DNA of 64,000 nucleotides from Thermoanaerobaculia bacterium (GTDB lineage Bacteria; Acidobacteriota; Thermoanaerobaculia; Multivoradales; UBA5704): NCBI GenBank assembly GCA_044226625.1, contig JBGAGQ010000003.1, positions 32,001 to 96,000 of the forward strand, read 5' to 3'. Shown piece by piece: positions 20,637 to 28,622 of this stretch (position 1 is its first letter; each line of letters starts with the position of its first letter). The notes under the pieces were generated by a model. It saw only the letters and a program-made list of their open reading frames with translations, ran no database searches and was not told where the DNA came from. The position numbers and the translations under genes were made by a program.

Positions 20637-21593
20637 CTATTCCCGGACCTCGGGCATCGGAACGGGCAGCGGTCGGGACTCGCCTCTCGTCTTGTAGACG
20701 CGGGTGTAGGTTCCGTCGACACCGACCCGCCGCTTTCCCTTGTTCTTCTTCACCTTGAAATCGTCGGCATATTCCGAGCCCTGGTCGCGCGTCAGGTTGG
20801 CGCCACGCGCGATGCGGTCGACATCGACGCGGTCGTCGTACATCCGGTGGTCTCCGGGCTTGAAGTACGGGCGACCCGAACCGCCGAAGTGGAGCTGGCC
20901 CCCCGCCTTGAGCTTCCCGCTTTGCGCGCCGAACACCCCTTGCGTCAGCGGCTCGTTCGATTCCTTCGAGGTATCGCTCTGGCCCCCTTCTCTCGCGGCC
21001 ATCAGGTTGCGGACCACGATGGCGTCATACCTGGTGGGCGAGTTTTCTCGCGTGGCGTCGCGCCCCTTGTTGACGCGAATGCGCCCGCGCCCTCGGTCTA
21101 GCTCCTGGAGCGCGGCGATGTTGTCTCGCGCGCCCCCCATTTCCTCGCCTTCCTTCTCGTAGAGGCCGACCTGCATCCGGTAATCCGTTCCGGACTCCTC
21201 CAATTTCCGCGCGTAAGCCAGAGGATGGCTCACGTCGCCACTCGCCTCGAACGAGATGTTGTAGGGATCGGGGGGCGGCGGCTCCCGCTCGACGGGCTCG
21301 TCGTGCGACGAATCGGCGCTGCTTTCTTCCGGCGCTTCGGCCCATCGCTCGTTCTTCTTCTTCTTGTAGTCGTCCTCGACGGCGACGATCTGTCCGCTGC
21401 GCTTCCGGATGTATTTCACCCGCTGGATCGGCTGGACGCCTAGATTTTCGAACCGATGGCCGAGCCGCGTCGCGGACGCGAGCGACGCCTCGATCCCGAG
21501 CAAGCCTCCCGGCGGGCCGGTTCGGGTAGAGGCCGACTCGGAATGAATTCCTGGAGAGGTGCCGAGAGCCGGGCGCGTGGCCTGCGCGTACAT
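20637..21593 (-). CDS. Putative effector B: GHRFENL/PIQR N-terminus plus divergent Rossmann-like (DUF2431/BMT5-like) domain
   Basis: AAGGAG RBS; shared N-terminal motif. The C-terminal motif order resembles DUF2431 (see findings). Confidence 0.65.
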   Translation of the reverse strand: MYAQATRPALGTSPGIHSESASTRTGPPGGLLGIEASLASATRLGHRFENLGVQPIQRVKYIRKRSGQIVAVEDDYKKKKNERWAEAPEESSADSSHDEPVEREPPPPDPYNISFEASGDVSHPLAYARKLEESGTDYRMQVGLYEKEGEEMGGARDNIAALQELDRGRGRIRVNKGRDATRENSPTRYDAIVVRNLMAAREGGQSDTSKESNEPLTQGVFGAQSGKLKAGGQLHFGGSGRPYFKPGDHRMYDDRVDVDRIARGANLTRDQGSEYADDFKVKKNKGKRRVGVDGTYTRVYKTRGESRPLPVPMPEVRE

Positions 21594-21654
21594 GGAGGTT
21601 CTCCTTCGGAGCTTCGCGGAGGATACGCGAAAACCGTTCGAGGGTGCTCGTCAG

Positions 21655-23475
21655 CTACCAGCCTTCGAGCTTCCGCCGGATCAGTTGCTTGCTCTTCTCG
21701 GGATCCCCTTGCATGTGATCGTGGGTGATGCCGTGACTCCCCAGGACCGCCATGGCATCGGTTCGGTCCTGGCCGCCGCGCTGGTAGGCCGCGTGGAGGT
21801 TGTCGGCGTGCGTTTTGCGCTCCGAGCCGAGCCGATCTTCCTTCTTCTTCTTGAAGTGACGGTAGAGCTTGTAGGCGCCGAGGCCTGCCGCGGTGAGCGC
21901 GCCGGCCCCGGCCAGTGCCCACCCGATCGGGGTGAGCATGGCGGCGCCTCCGAGAAGCCCCGCGAGCAAAAGCCCGCCCCCCGCCGCGCCGGCCGCGGCG
22001 CCAAGGCCGCCGATGATGTTGCGCTTGCGACGCTTGCCCAACTGCTTGCTCATGTGGTCCGCGGCGTCGCTCACGTCCTGGTGCACGTTGTTGCGCGCAG
22101 AGAATCCTCGGCGGACCCGATCGACCGCCCGCTTGTGGTGCCAGGCGCGCCCCATACGCCAGGCGGCCCGGCCGGCGACGATCCCCTGGACGCCGGTGCC
22201 GATACCGGCCGACGCGACGCCCAACACCGGCGACAGCGCCGAGGTGCCGCCGTGGACCAGGGAGCTGATCGCGTTCGCCCCCTGCATGCCCTGGCTGCTC
22301 GCATCGGCGAGGTTGACCGGTAGATCGACGGCGAGGCGTTTGGCGGTGCTGCGGGTCTCCGCCTTCTGTCCCGTTTCCCCTCTTCGGAAAGAGAACGTGT
22401 CGCGCAGGCCGCGGAAGAAGCCGCGGATTCCTCCCTCCCGGCGCATGTTGTTGATGCCCTGGGCGGAAGCGACGAGATCGGAACCCATGCCGAGAACGTT
22501 CAAGCCGGCGCCGATGCCCGTCGTCGCGGTCCCCATCTTCGGCGGTATGCGCGAGCTGCCTGGAAGCTGCGAAGGAGGGGTCAGGAGCGAGTTGACGCCC
22601 GAAGCCCCACCGACGACGCCGGTCTGGGTGCCCGGCGAGTTGATCGAGATGAAATTGGCGAGGGGCGAGTCGAGCAGATTCCCGCCGCCGCCTTGCGGCG
22701 GATTCGGATTCTGCATGTGCACGGGAGGATTCTGATTGACCAGGTTCGGCGGAATCTGGTCGTTCGGATTCGGATTGTCGTCCTGGTTCGGATTCGGGAC
22801 GATGTCCTGAACCGGGTTCGGATTGTCGTTCTGGTTCGGATTCGGGACGAGGTCCTGAACCGGATTCGGGTTGTCGTCCTGGTTCGGATTCGGGACGATG
22901 TCCTGAACCGGATTCGGGTTGTCGTCCTGGTTCGGATTCGGGACGATGTCCTGAACCGGATTCGGGTTGTCGTCCTGGTTCAGGTTCGGGACGACGTCCT
23001 GGTTCAGGTTCGGGACGATCGGATGCTGGTCCTGATTCGGAATTTGGATCGGGACCGGAAGCGGGTTGTGATTCAGGTTCAGGTTCGGGTTCTGGATGGG
23101 TACCTGAGCCAGGTTCAGAACGGGAGCGTTCAACTGCAAGTTGGGCAGATTCTGCCCGTTCTGTGGAAACGTTCCATAGTTCGGGATGTGTTGACCGTGC
23201 AGGAGCGATCTGCCGGCACCCCTCATTCTCTGGATCGCCGGAGCGGCCGGTCGAGGTCCGATCGGGAGCCGCCATGGCAAACGGGACGGCTCGCCGCTCT
23301 CGGACTCCAAGCCTCTGGATTGCCGCGAGCTCAGGTTCTCGAACCGGTGGCCGAGGCGCGACGCGGACGCGAACGGCGACGCCTCGCGCGCCGGCTCGTC
23401 GCGCGCAGCCGCCGAATCGGTCTCGGTCGAGCCGGTCGAGGAGGCTGCGGCGGGACGCTGAGCGTGGGTCCGCAT
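21655..23475 (-). CDS. Putative effector C: paralog of 7192-9048 with an Asn/Pro/Gln/Asp repeat linker
   Basis: ASRLGHRFENL...PAIQR. C-terminal INSPGTQTGV, ETRSTAKRLAVD, KRRKRNI, TPIGW and LIRRKLEGW are shared with effector A. Confidence 0.78.
   Translation of the reverse strand: MRTHAQRPAAASSTGSTETDSAAARDEPAREASPFASASRLGHRFENLSSRQSRGLESESGEPSRLPWRLPIGPRPAAPAIQRMRGAGRSLLHGQHIPNYGTFPQNGQNLPNLQLNAPVLNLAQVPIQNPNLNLNHNPLPVPIQIPNQDQHPIVPNLNQDVVPNLNQDDNPNPVQDIVPNPNQDDNPNPVQDIVPNPNQDDNPNPVQDLVPNPNQNDNPNPVQDIVPNPNQDDNPNPNDQIPPNLVNQNPPVHMQNPNPPQGGGGNLLDSPLANFISINSPGTQTGVVGGASGVNSLLTPPSQLPGSSRIPPKMGTATTGIGAGLNVLGMGSDLVASAQGINNMRREGGIRGFFRGLRDTFSFRRGETGQKAETRSTAKRLAVDLPVNLADASSQGMQGANAISSLVHGGTSALSPVLGVASAGIGTGVQGIVAGRAAWRMGRAWHHKRAVDRVRRGFSARNNVHQDVSDAADHMSKQLGKRRKRNIIGGLGAAAGAAGGGLLLAGLLGGAAMLTPIGWALAGAGALTAAGLGAYKLYRHFKKKKEDRLGSERKTHADNLHAAYQRGGQDRTDAMAVLGSHGITHDHMQGDPEKSKQLIRRKLEGW
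22765..23020 (-). repeat. Intragenic 48-bp (16-aa) tandem repeat NPNPVQD(I/L)VPNPNQ(D/N)D, 4 full units plus partial units
   Basis: Directly visible in the DNA and in the translation. Confidence 0.9.
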
Positions 23476-23489
23476 CGGGTTTTCTTCGG

Positions 23490-23762
23490 GTGGAACGCCT
23501 CGCCGGAGGATACGCGACGTGCGCCGGGGAACGGAAGCCCGGCTCCTTTGGTCCCTGCCCCCTCGGCGAGCCGCCGTCGCACCTCGAGGCCGCCCAGGGC
23601 GCCGCCATCACGACCCCGCCGACGAGGTACGCGTCCTGCATCGGCACCTGCCTCACCTGCGAAGCGAGCTGCCTCGGCAGCTGCAACGTGAGCTGCAACG
23701 GCACCTGCGAGTTCACCTGCCAGTACACCTGCACCGGCTCGGCCGTCATCTGCTGCGCCTGA
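23490..23762 (+). CDS. Cys-rich RiPP-precursor-like peptide, 5' end uncertain or truncated
   Basis: ...LEAAQGA then AITTPPTRYASCIGTCLTCEASCLGSCNVSCNGTCEFTCQYTCTGSAVICCA-stop. Codon usage looks coding from ~23580, and a GC hairpin follows at ~23790-23812. No in-frame ATG with an RBS. Confidence 0.55.
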   Translation: MERLAGGYATCAGERKPGSFGPCPLGEPPSHLEAAQGAAITTPPTRYASCIGTCLTCEASCLGSCNVSCNGTCEFTCQYTCTGSAVICCA

Positions 23763-23975
23763 GGGCGTCATCCGGCCGTTCGATCGTTCGGGGGCGTCCG
23801 CCGGGACGCCCCCCCTCCCCGTTTCCAGACACCTCCCCCACCCCCATCCCCTCCCTACAACGGGGTGGTAGCGTTCTGGCGCCAGGACGGCGACAATACG
23901 CATCGAAACCCGGAGTCAGCTCCGTATCTCCCTCGACCCGAGGGAATCGGTAGACCCCTAAGCGAGAACACGCCG

Positions 23976-24503
23976 ATGCAACCTGAATCCACCCAGAAAA
24001 CCGACCACCACCCGGTGAGCGACAACCTCGAGGCGCTCCGCCAGGGGCTCGCGCTTCTCGATCGGATGGAGGCGGCCCTATATCCTTCGATCGGCCCCCA
24101 CGTTCGTCACGTGCTCGACCATTACTCCGCTTTCTTCGCGGGCCACTCCGGAACGACCATCGACTACGACGCCCGCCAGCGCAACCCGCAGATCGAAACC
24201 GAGCGCGAGGCGGCCCTGAAAGCGCTGATCGAAGCGTCCGGCCTGCTCGCCGACCTCGATCGCGGCGCTCTCGAGCGGCCGATCTCGGTCCGCTCGAACG
24301 GTGGCGGGTCTCCCGAAGACCTCTCCCGCTCGACCCTGCGGCGCGAGCTGCAGTTCCTGCTGAGCCACACGGTCCACCACTGGGCCCTCGTCCGCTCGAT
24401 CCTCACGCGCTCCGGCATCGACGTCGCCGAGTCGTTCGGCGTCGCTCCCTCGACCCTGCGCTACCGCGAGGAGCAGGTGGCGTGTGCACCGCAAGCTGGC
24501 TGA
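23976..24503 (+). CDS. DinB-family protein
   Basis: SIGPHVRHVLDHY, IDYDARQR, RELQFLLSHTVHHWA, FGVAPST. Confidence 0.85.
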   Translation: MQPESTQKTDHHPVSDNLEALRQGLALLDRMEAALYPSIGPHVRHVLDHYSAFFAGHSGTTIDYDARQRNPQIETEREAALKALIEASGLLADLDRGALERPISVRSNGGGSPEDLSRSTLRRELQFLLSHTVHHWALVRSILTRSGIDVAESFGVAPSTLRYREEQVACAPQAG

Positions 24504-25213
24504 TCGCCCCGGACGGCTACCAACTCCTGTTCAATCGCGATGAGCTGCGGACCCGGCCGCTCGCCTTGCCCCCGCAACGGGGCGAGCGGAACGGGGTGCG
24601 CTATCTCGCGCCGCTCGATCCCCAGGGGGGCGGCACCTGGATCGCCGCCAACGAGCTCGGGCTCTGCCTGTTCCTGCTCAACCGCCGGCCGGACCGCGAA
24701 CCGAAGGCGCCCCAGGCGAGCCGCGGGCGGATCCCGCTCGAGCTGATCGACGCCGCCTCGATCGAGGAGGTCGGACGGCGCGCCGCGGCGATCGATCTGT
24801 CGCACGTCCGTCCCTTTACGCTGGGCGCGTTCGAGCCGGGATGCGCCCCGAAAGTATTGGCTTGGACCGGCGACGCCTTCGGGGCCGTCGACGGCACGCC
24901 GCCGCTCGTCTCCTCCTCGGTGGGCGACGAGACCCTGTTCGCCGAGCGCCGGGCCCCCTACCCGCGGGGTCCCCTCACGCTGCGCAAGCTCCTCGCCTAC
25001 CAGCGCGGCCACGGATCCGGCCCTTCGGCGGGTTCGGTCTGCATGCATCGGCCGGACGCCCAGACGGTGAGCTTCTCGCGCGTCGCGGTCGACGCGGCGC
25101 GGGTGCGTCTCGGCTACTCGCCGGGTCCTCCCTGCGAACGTGCGCCGGTCGTCTGGCGCGAGCTGCCCCGGCGGACGGCGAGCGCGGCCGATCGATCCGG
25201 GCTCGACCGATGA
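24482..25213 (+). CDS. NRDE/TANGO2-family Ntn-hydrolase-like protein
   Basis: N-terminal MC, LFNRDE, GGTWIAAN, SRGRI. Confidence 0.9.
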   Translation: MCTASWLIAPDGYQLLFNRDELRTRPLALPPQRGERNGVRYLAPLDPQGGGTWIAANELGLCLFLLNRRPDREPKAPQASRGRIPLELIDAASIEEVGRRAAAIDLSHVRPFTLGAFEPGCAPKVLAWTGDAFGAVDGTPPLVSSSVGDETLFAERRAPYPRGPLTLRKLLAYQRGHGSGPSAGSVCMHRPDAQTVSFSRVAVDAARVRLGYSPGPPCERAPVVWRELPRRTASAADRSGLDR

Positions 25214-25223
25214 CGCGTCGCCC

Positions 25224-26885
25224 ATGATCGACCCGGGCGACCTCGCCGGACGGCTCGCGAACGGAGCTTCCGGAACCGGGCTGCTCTGGGGGCTCGCGCT
25301 CTCCACGCTCGTCTCCGAGGACCTCGCCTGCATCGCAGCCGGCGTGTTGGTCGCCCGGGGGACGCTCGGCTTCCTGCCGGCCACCCTGGCGTGCTTCCTC
25401 GGGATTCTGGGCGGCGACCTCCTGCTCTACCTGGCCGGACGGTACGGCGGGCGGGCGGCGATCGCGCGCCCTCCGCTCTCTTGGTGGATCTCGGCGGAAC
25501 AGGTCGAACGGGGCGAGGCCTGGTTTCGGGAGCGTGGAGGCCGCATCCTCTTCGCCGCGCGCTTCCTGCCCGGGAGCCGCCTCCCCACCTACGTGGCGGC
25601 CGGCCTGCTCGGCTGCCCGATCGGCCTGTTCACCCTTTGGCTCGCCGGCGCGGGCGCCCTCTGGACGCCAGGTCTGGTGTGGCTCGCCGCGCGCCTTGGC
25701 AAGGCGGCCCTCGGCTATCTCCAGAGCTATGGCCAGGCGGCCCTGCCGCTCGCGGTCGTTGCCTTCCTGCTCTACGTCGCCCTCTCCCGTTGGATCCCGC
25801 CGCTGTTCACCCATCGGGGCCGCCGGCTGGCGCTCGGCCGCTGGCGTCGCATCACGCGGTGGGAGTTCTGGCCCGCCTGGCTGGTCAACATCCCCGTCGT
25901 CCTTCACGCGGGCTGGCTCGCGTTGCGCCACCGGAACCCGACGCTGTTCACGGCCGCGAACCCGGCGATGCCCGCCGGGGGGTTCGTGTTCGAGTCGAAG
26001 GTCGAGATCCTGGCCGCGCTCGAGGCCGGCGGCGCGCCGGTCGCCCGGTTCGCCACCCTCAAGGGCGAGGAAACGGTCGAGGAGCGGGTCCGCGTCGTCC
26101 TCGGGTTCTTGGAGCAGCACCGGCTCGACTTTCCGGTCGTGATCAAACCCGACGTCGGTCAACGCGGCGAGGGGGTCGCCGTGGTCCGAAGCCGGGAGAC
26201 GCTCGAAGCGCAACTCGAGCGCTCCGGAAGCGACGGCATGGTGCAGGAGTTCGTCGCCGGACGCGAGTTCGGGGTGTTCTACGTCCGGCACCCCGACGAG
26301 GAAGCGGGCAGGATCTTCTCGATCACCGACAAGCGGCTTCTCACCTTGACCGGCGACGGCGAGCGGACGCTCGAGGAGTTGATCCTCGCCGACGACCGGG
26401 CGGTCTGCATGGCGGCATTCCATTTCGAGCGCCACAAAGACCGGCTCGACGAGGTGCCAGCGGCGGGAGGGTCGATCGAGCTGGTCGAGATCGGCAACCA
26501 CTGCCGCGGCGCGATCTTCCTGGACGGCCGTCACCTCGCGACACCCGAGCTCGCCCGCGCGATCGACGAGGCGAGCCGCGGCTACGAGGGGTTCTTTTTC
26601 GGCCGCTATGACGTTCGAGTGCCGTCCGAGGAGCACCTCAAGGCGGGGCGCGAGATCCGCATTCTGGAGCTGAACGGCGTCACCTCGGAGGCGACCCACA
26701 TCTACCAGCCGGGGGCGAGCCTGCTGGACGCGTATCGCACCCTGTTCGCGCAGTGGCGCCTGGCGTTCGAGATCGGCGCGGCGAACGTCCGGCGCGGTGC
26801 CCGGGCCACGCCGCTGCGGGAGGTCTTGTCGCTGGTCAAAGCGCATCTCGCGGGAGAAGCTCCCGAGAAGGGCGAGAGCTCCTAG
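25224..26885 (+). CDS. DedA/VTT membrane domain fused to an ATP-grasp ligase-like domain
   Basis: DedA: STLVSEDLAC, GDLLLY, ARFLPGSR. ATP-grasp: FPVVIKPDVGQRGEGV, QEFVAGREFGVFY, FFFGRYDVR, ILELNG. Confidence 0.85.
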   Translation: MIDPGDLAGRLANGASGTGLLWGLALSTLVSEDLACIAAGVLVARGTLGFLPATLACFLGILGGDLLLYLAGRYGGRAAIARPPLSWWISAEQVERGEAWFRERGGRILFAARFLPGSRLPTYVAAGLLGCPIGLFTLWLAGAGALWTPGLVWLAARLGKAALGYLQSYGQAALPLAVVAFLLYVALSRWIPPLFTHRGRRLALGRWRRITRWEFWPAWLVNIPVVLHAGWLALRHRNPTLFTAANPAMPAGGFVFESKVEILAALEAGGAPVARFATLKGEETVEERVRVVLGFLEQHRLDFPVVIKPDVGQRGEGVAVVRSRETLEAQLERSGSDGMVQEFVAGREFGVFYVRHPDEEAGRIFSITDKRLLTLTGDGERTLEELILADDRAVCMAAFHFERHKDRLDEVPAAGGSIELVEIGNHCRGAIFLDGRHLATPELARAIDEASRGYEGFFFGRYDVRVPSEEHLKAGREIRILELNGVTSEATHIYQPGASLLDAYRTLFAQWRLAFEIGAANVRRGARATPLREVLSLVKAHLAGEAPEKGESS

Positions 26886-26901
26886 CCGGCGCGGGCCGAC
26901 G

Positions 26902-27717
26902 TCACCCGAACGCCGAGCTCGACCAGCGCGGCGTCACGGCGAAATCCTCGGGAGCGGACGGCGAGAACTCGGCGAGCACCGCCTCGCGCAGCGCGACCGC
27001 CAGCGACTTCCGGTCGGCGTCGACCAACGGCTCCTGCGCCACGGCCACCGTGGCCTCGATCTTCGAGAGGCCGATCAACGGCAGCAGATGGGGCCCAAGC
27101 GCCATGTCCCCCCACCAGCAGACCGAAAGATGGGCCGGCGGCTCACCCGGCGCGGTCCGATAGGAGATCGCCGCCGCGTGGACCGGATGTCCGGACGAGG
27201 CCGGAAGCGCAAGGAGCGGCGAGCGAAAAGGAAGCACCCCGGCGCCCGGGCTGCTCGTCCCTTCGGGAAAGAAGATCACGCCGCGGCCGGCCAAGCGCGC
27301 GGCCTCGACCCGCGAGAGCAAGGCGGGCAGATCGCTCTTCTTCTGCCTCTCCACGTAGAGCGTGCCGAACGAGCTCACCAGCGGCCCGAGCACCGGCCAG
27401 CCGGCGATCTCCGCCTTGGCGACGAACGTCGTGGAGATCCGGCTCGCGAAGACCAGGATGTCCAGATAGGAGAGATGGTTCGCGGCGATCAGGAACGGAG
27501 CCTCGGGGACGGGCCCGCGCCAGGCGACCCGGACGTTCAAGACGCGGAGGAAGGCTCGCGACCAGACGCGAAGCATCCGCCCCTGCCATCGTCCGCGCGC
27601 CCGCGGCCGGGCCACGGTCGCCGCGAGGCCGGCGAGGTGGACCGGAAGGAGTGCGAGCGAGACGCCGATCAGGCCCGCCGCCCGACCGCCGATCCGCAAG
27701 CTTCGGCGCGCCGTCAT
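26902..27717 (-). CDS. Lysophospholipid/lyso-aminolipid O-acyltransferase (PlsC/OlsA-like)
   Basis: NHLSYLD, FVAKAEI, FFPEGTS. Start MTARR at 27717 overlaps the upstream stop. Confidence 0.9.
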   Translation of the reverse strand: MTARRSLRIGGRAAGLIGVSLALLPVHLAGLAATVARPRARGRWQGRMLRVWSRAFLRVLNVRVAWRGPVPEAPFLIAANHLSYLDILVFASRISTTFVAKAEIAGWPVLGPLVSSFGTLYVERQKKSDLPALLSRVEAARLAGRGVIFFPEGTSSPGAGVLPFRSPLLALPASSGHPVHAAAISYRTAPGEPPAHLSVCWWGDMALGPHLLPLIGLSKIEATVAVAQEPLVDADRKSLAVALREAVLAEFSPSAPEDFAVTPRWSSSAFG

Positions 27718-28622
27718 CCCTCCGTGCTGGTCTCCGAGGCTGCCGGCAGGTTGTCGAAGAACATCTTTCGCGACTTCTCTTCCATCGCCATGACGTCGAA
27801 CAGCATCAGGAAGTCGATCGTGCCGAACGCGCGATCGATGACCGGTCCGCCGGCGATCTTGCCGCCGTAGCGCAGATACATGTCGAACAGCGCCGGGAGG
27901 ACCAGCGGCTCGGTTCCTCCCGCGCCGGTGCTCTCCGCGGTCCCTTCGGGCAGGTCGCACTCGAACCCCGGCCGCGCCGGGATCGCAAGGGTCGGATGGA
28001 GATGGTCGCCCGCCGCGAGCGTCGCCCGCGCGCGCCAACCGTCGCGCATGTCCTGGCTGGTCACCGAGCAGCAGCCGAACAGATAGCGCTTCCGGTTCCG
28101 CGCCACGTAGAGCGCGAGGCCGCGCCAGAGCAGGAACAGCACCGGGCGCTTGCGATGCTCGCGGGCGATCGCCGCGCGGCCGAGCTCGATCCCCTGGGAG
28201 ATGACCTCGGACGGCAGATGGTCGAGGACGAACTCGCCGTCGGTATAGAAGCCCGTCCCCGCCGTCGCCATCTCCGCGGTCTGGAGACGATAGGTGCCGA
28301 CCAGCTCGCCGGTCGGCGCGTGCTCGACCAGGAGGTGGTGGCAGGAGCGATCGAACTCGTCCTCGTCGCGGCCGGTGGCGTACGAGGTGGCGAGCCCTTC
28401 GTCCAGCTCCAGGTTGAAGATCTCGAACCGGAGCCGGAGAAGCCGATCGAGCTCCTCGGCGGTCGTGGCGAAGCGAAGCCGGTACGAGCCCGCGGTGAGG
28501 ACACCCGGCGGAATCAGCTCCGGAGCCGGCGGAAACGACCGGAGCGGCTTGCTCTCGGCCTCAAGGACGGGATTCCCGTCCAGCGCCACCTGCGGATTCG
28601 ACTTCGAGGACGAGCTGATCAT
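27714..28622 (-). CDS. GNAT N-acyltransferase (OlsB-like amino-lipid synthase)
   Basis: RLRFEIFNLEL, DEDEFDRSCHHLLV, VGTYRL, ELGRA, YLFGCCS, LFDMYLRYG, DRAFGTID. Coupled to an OlsA-like gene. Confidence 0.88.
   Translation of the reverse strand: MISSSSKSNPQVALDGNPVLEAESKPLRSFPPAPELIPPGVLTAGSYRLRFATTAEELDRLLRLRFEIFNLELDEGLATSYATGRDEDEFDRSCHHLLVEHAPTGELVGTYRLQTAEMATAGTGFYTDGEFVLDHLPSEVISQGIELGRAAIAREHRKRPVLFLLWRGLALYVARNRKRYLFGCCSVTSQDMRDGWRARATLAAGDHLHPTLAIPARPGFECDLPEGTAESTGAGGTEPLVLPALFDMYLRYGGKIAGGPVIDRAFGTIDFLMLFDVMAMEEKSRKMFFDNLPAASETSTEG

Noticed and set aside
21440-23749. 769-aa ORF with PESEPG repeats
   Set aside because: It is an alternative frame of effector C and antisense to the Cys-rich peptide. 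Only the 21655-23475 frame aligns with the paralog.
5888-23762. Prophage or integrative element explaining the island
   Set aside because: No integrase, transposase, tRNA target or flanking direct repeats were seen; only a TA pair lies at one edge.
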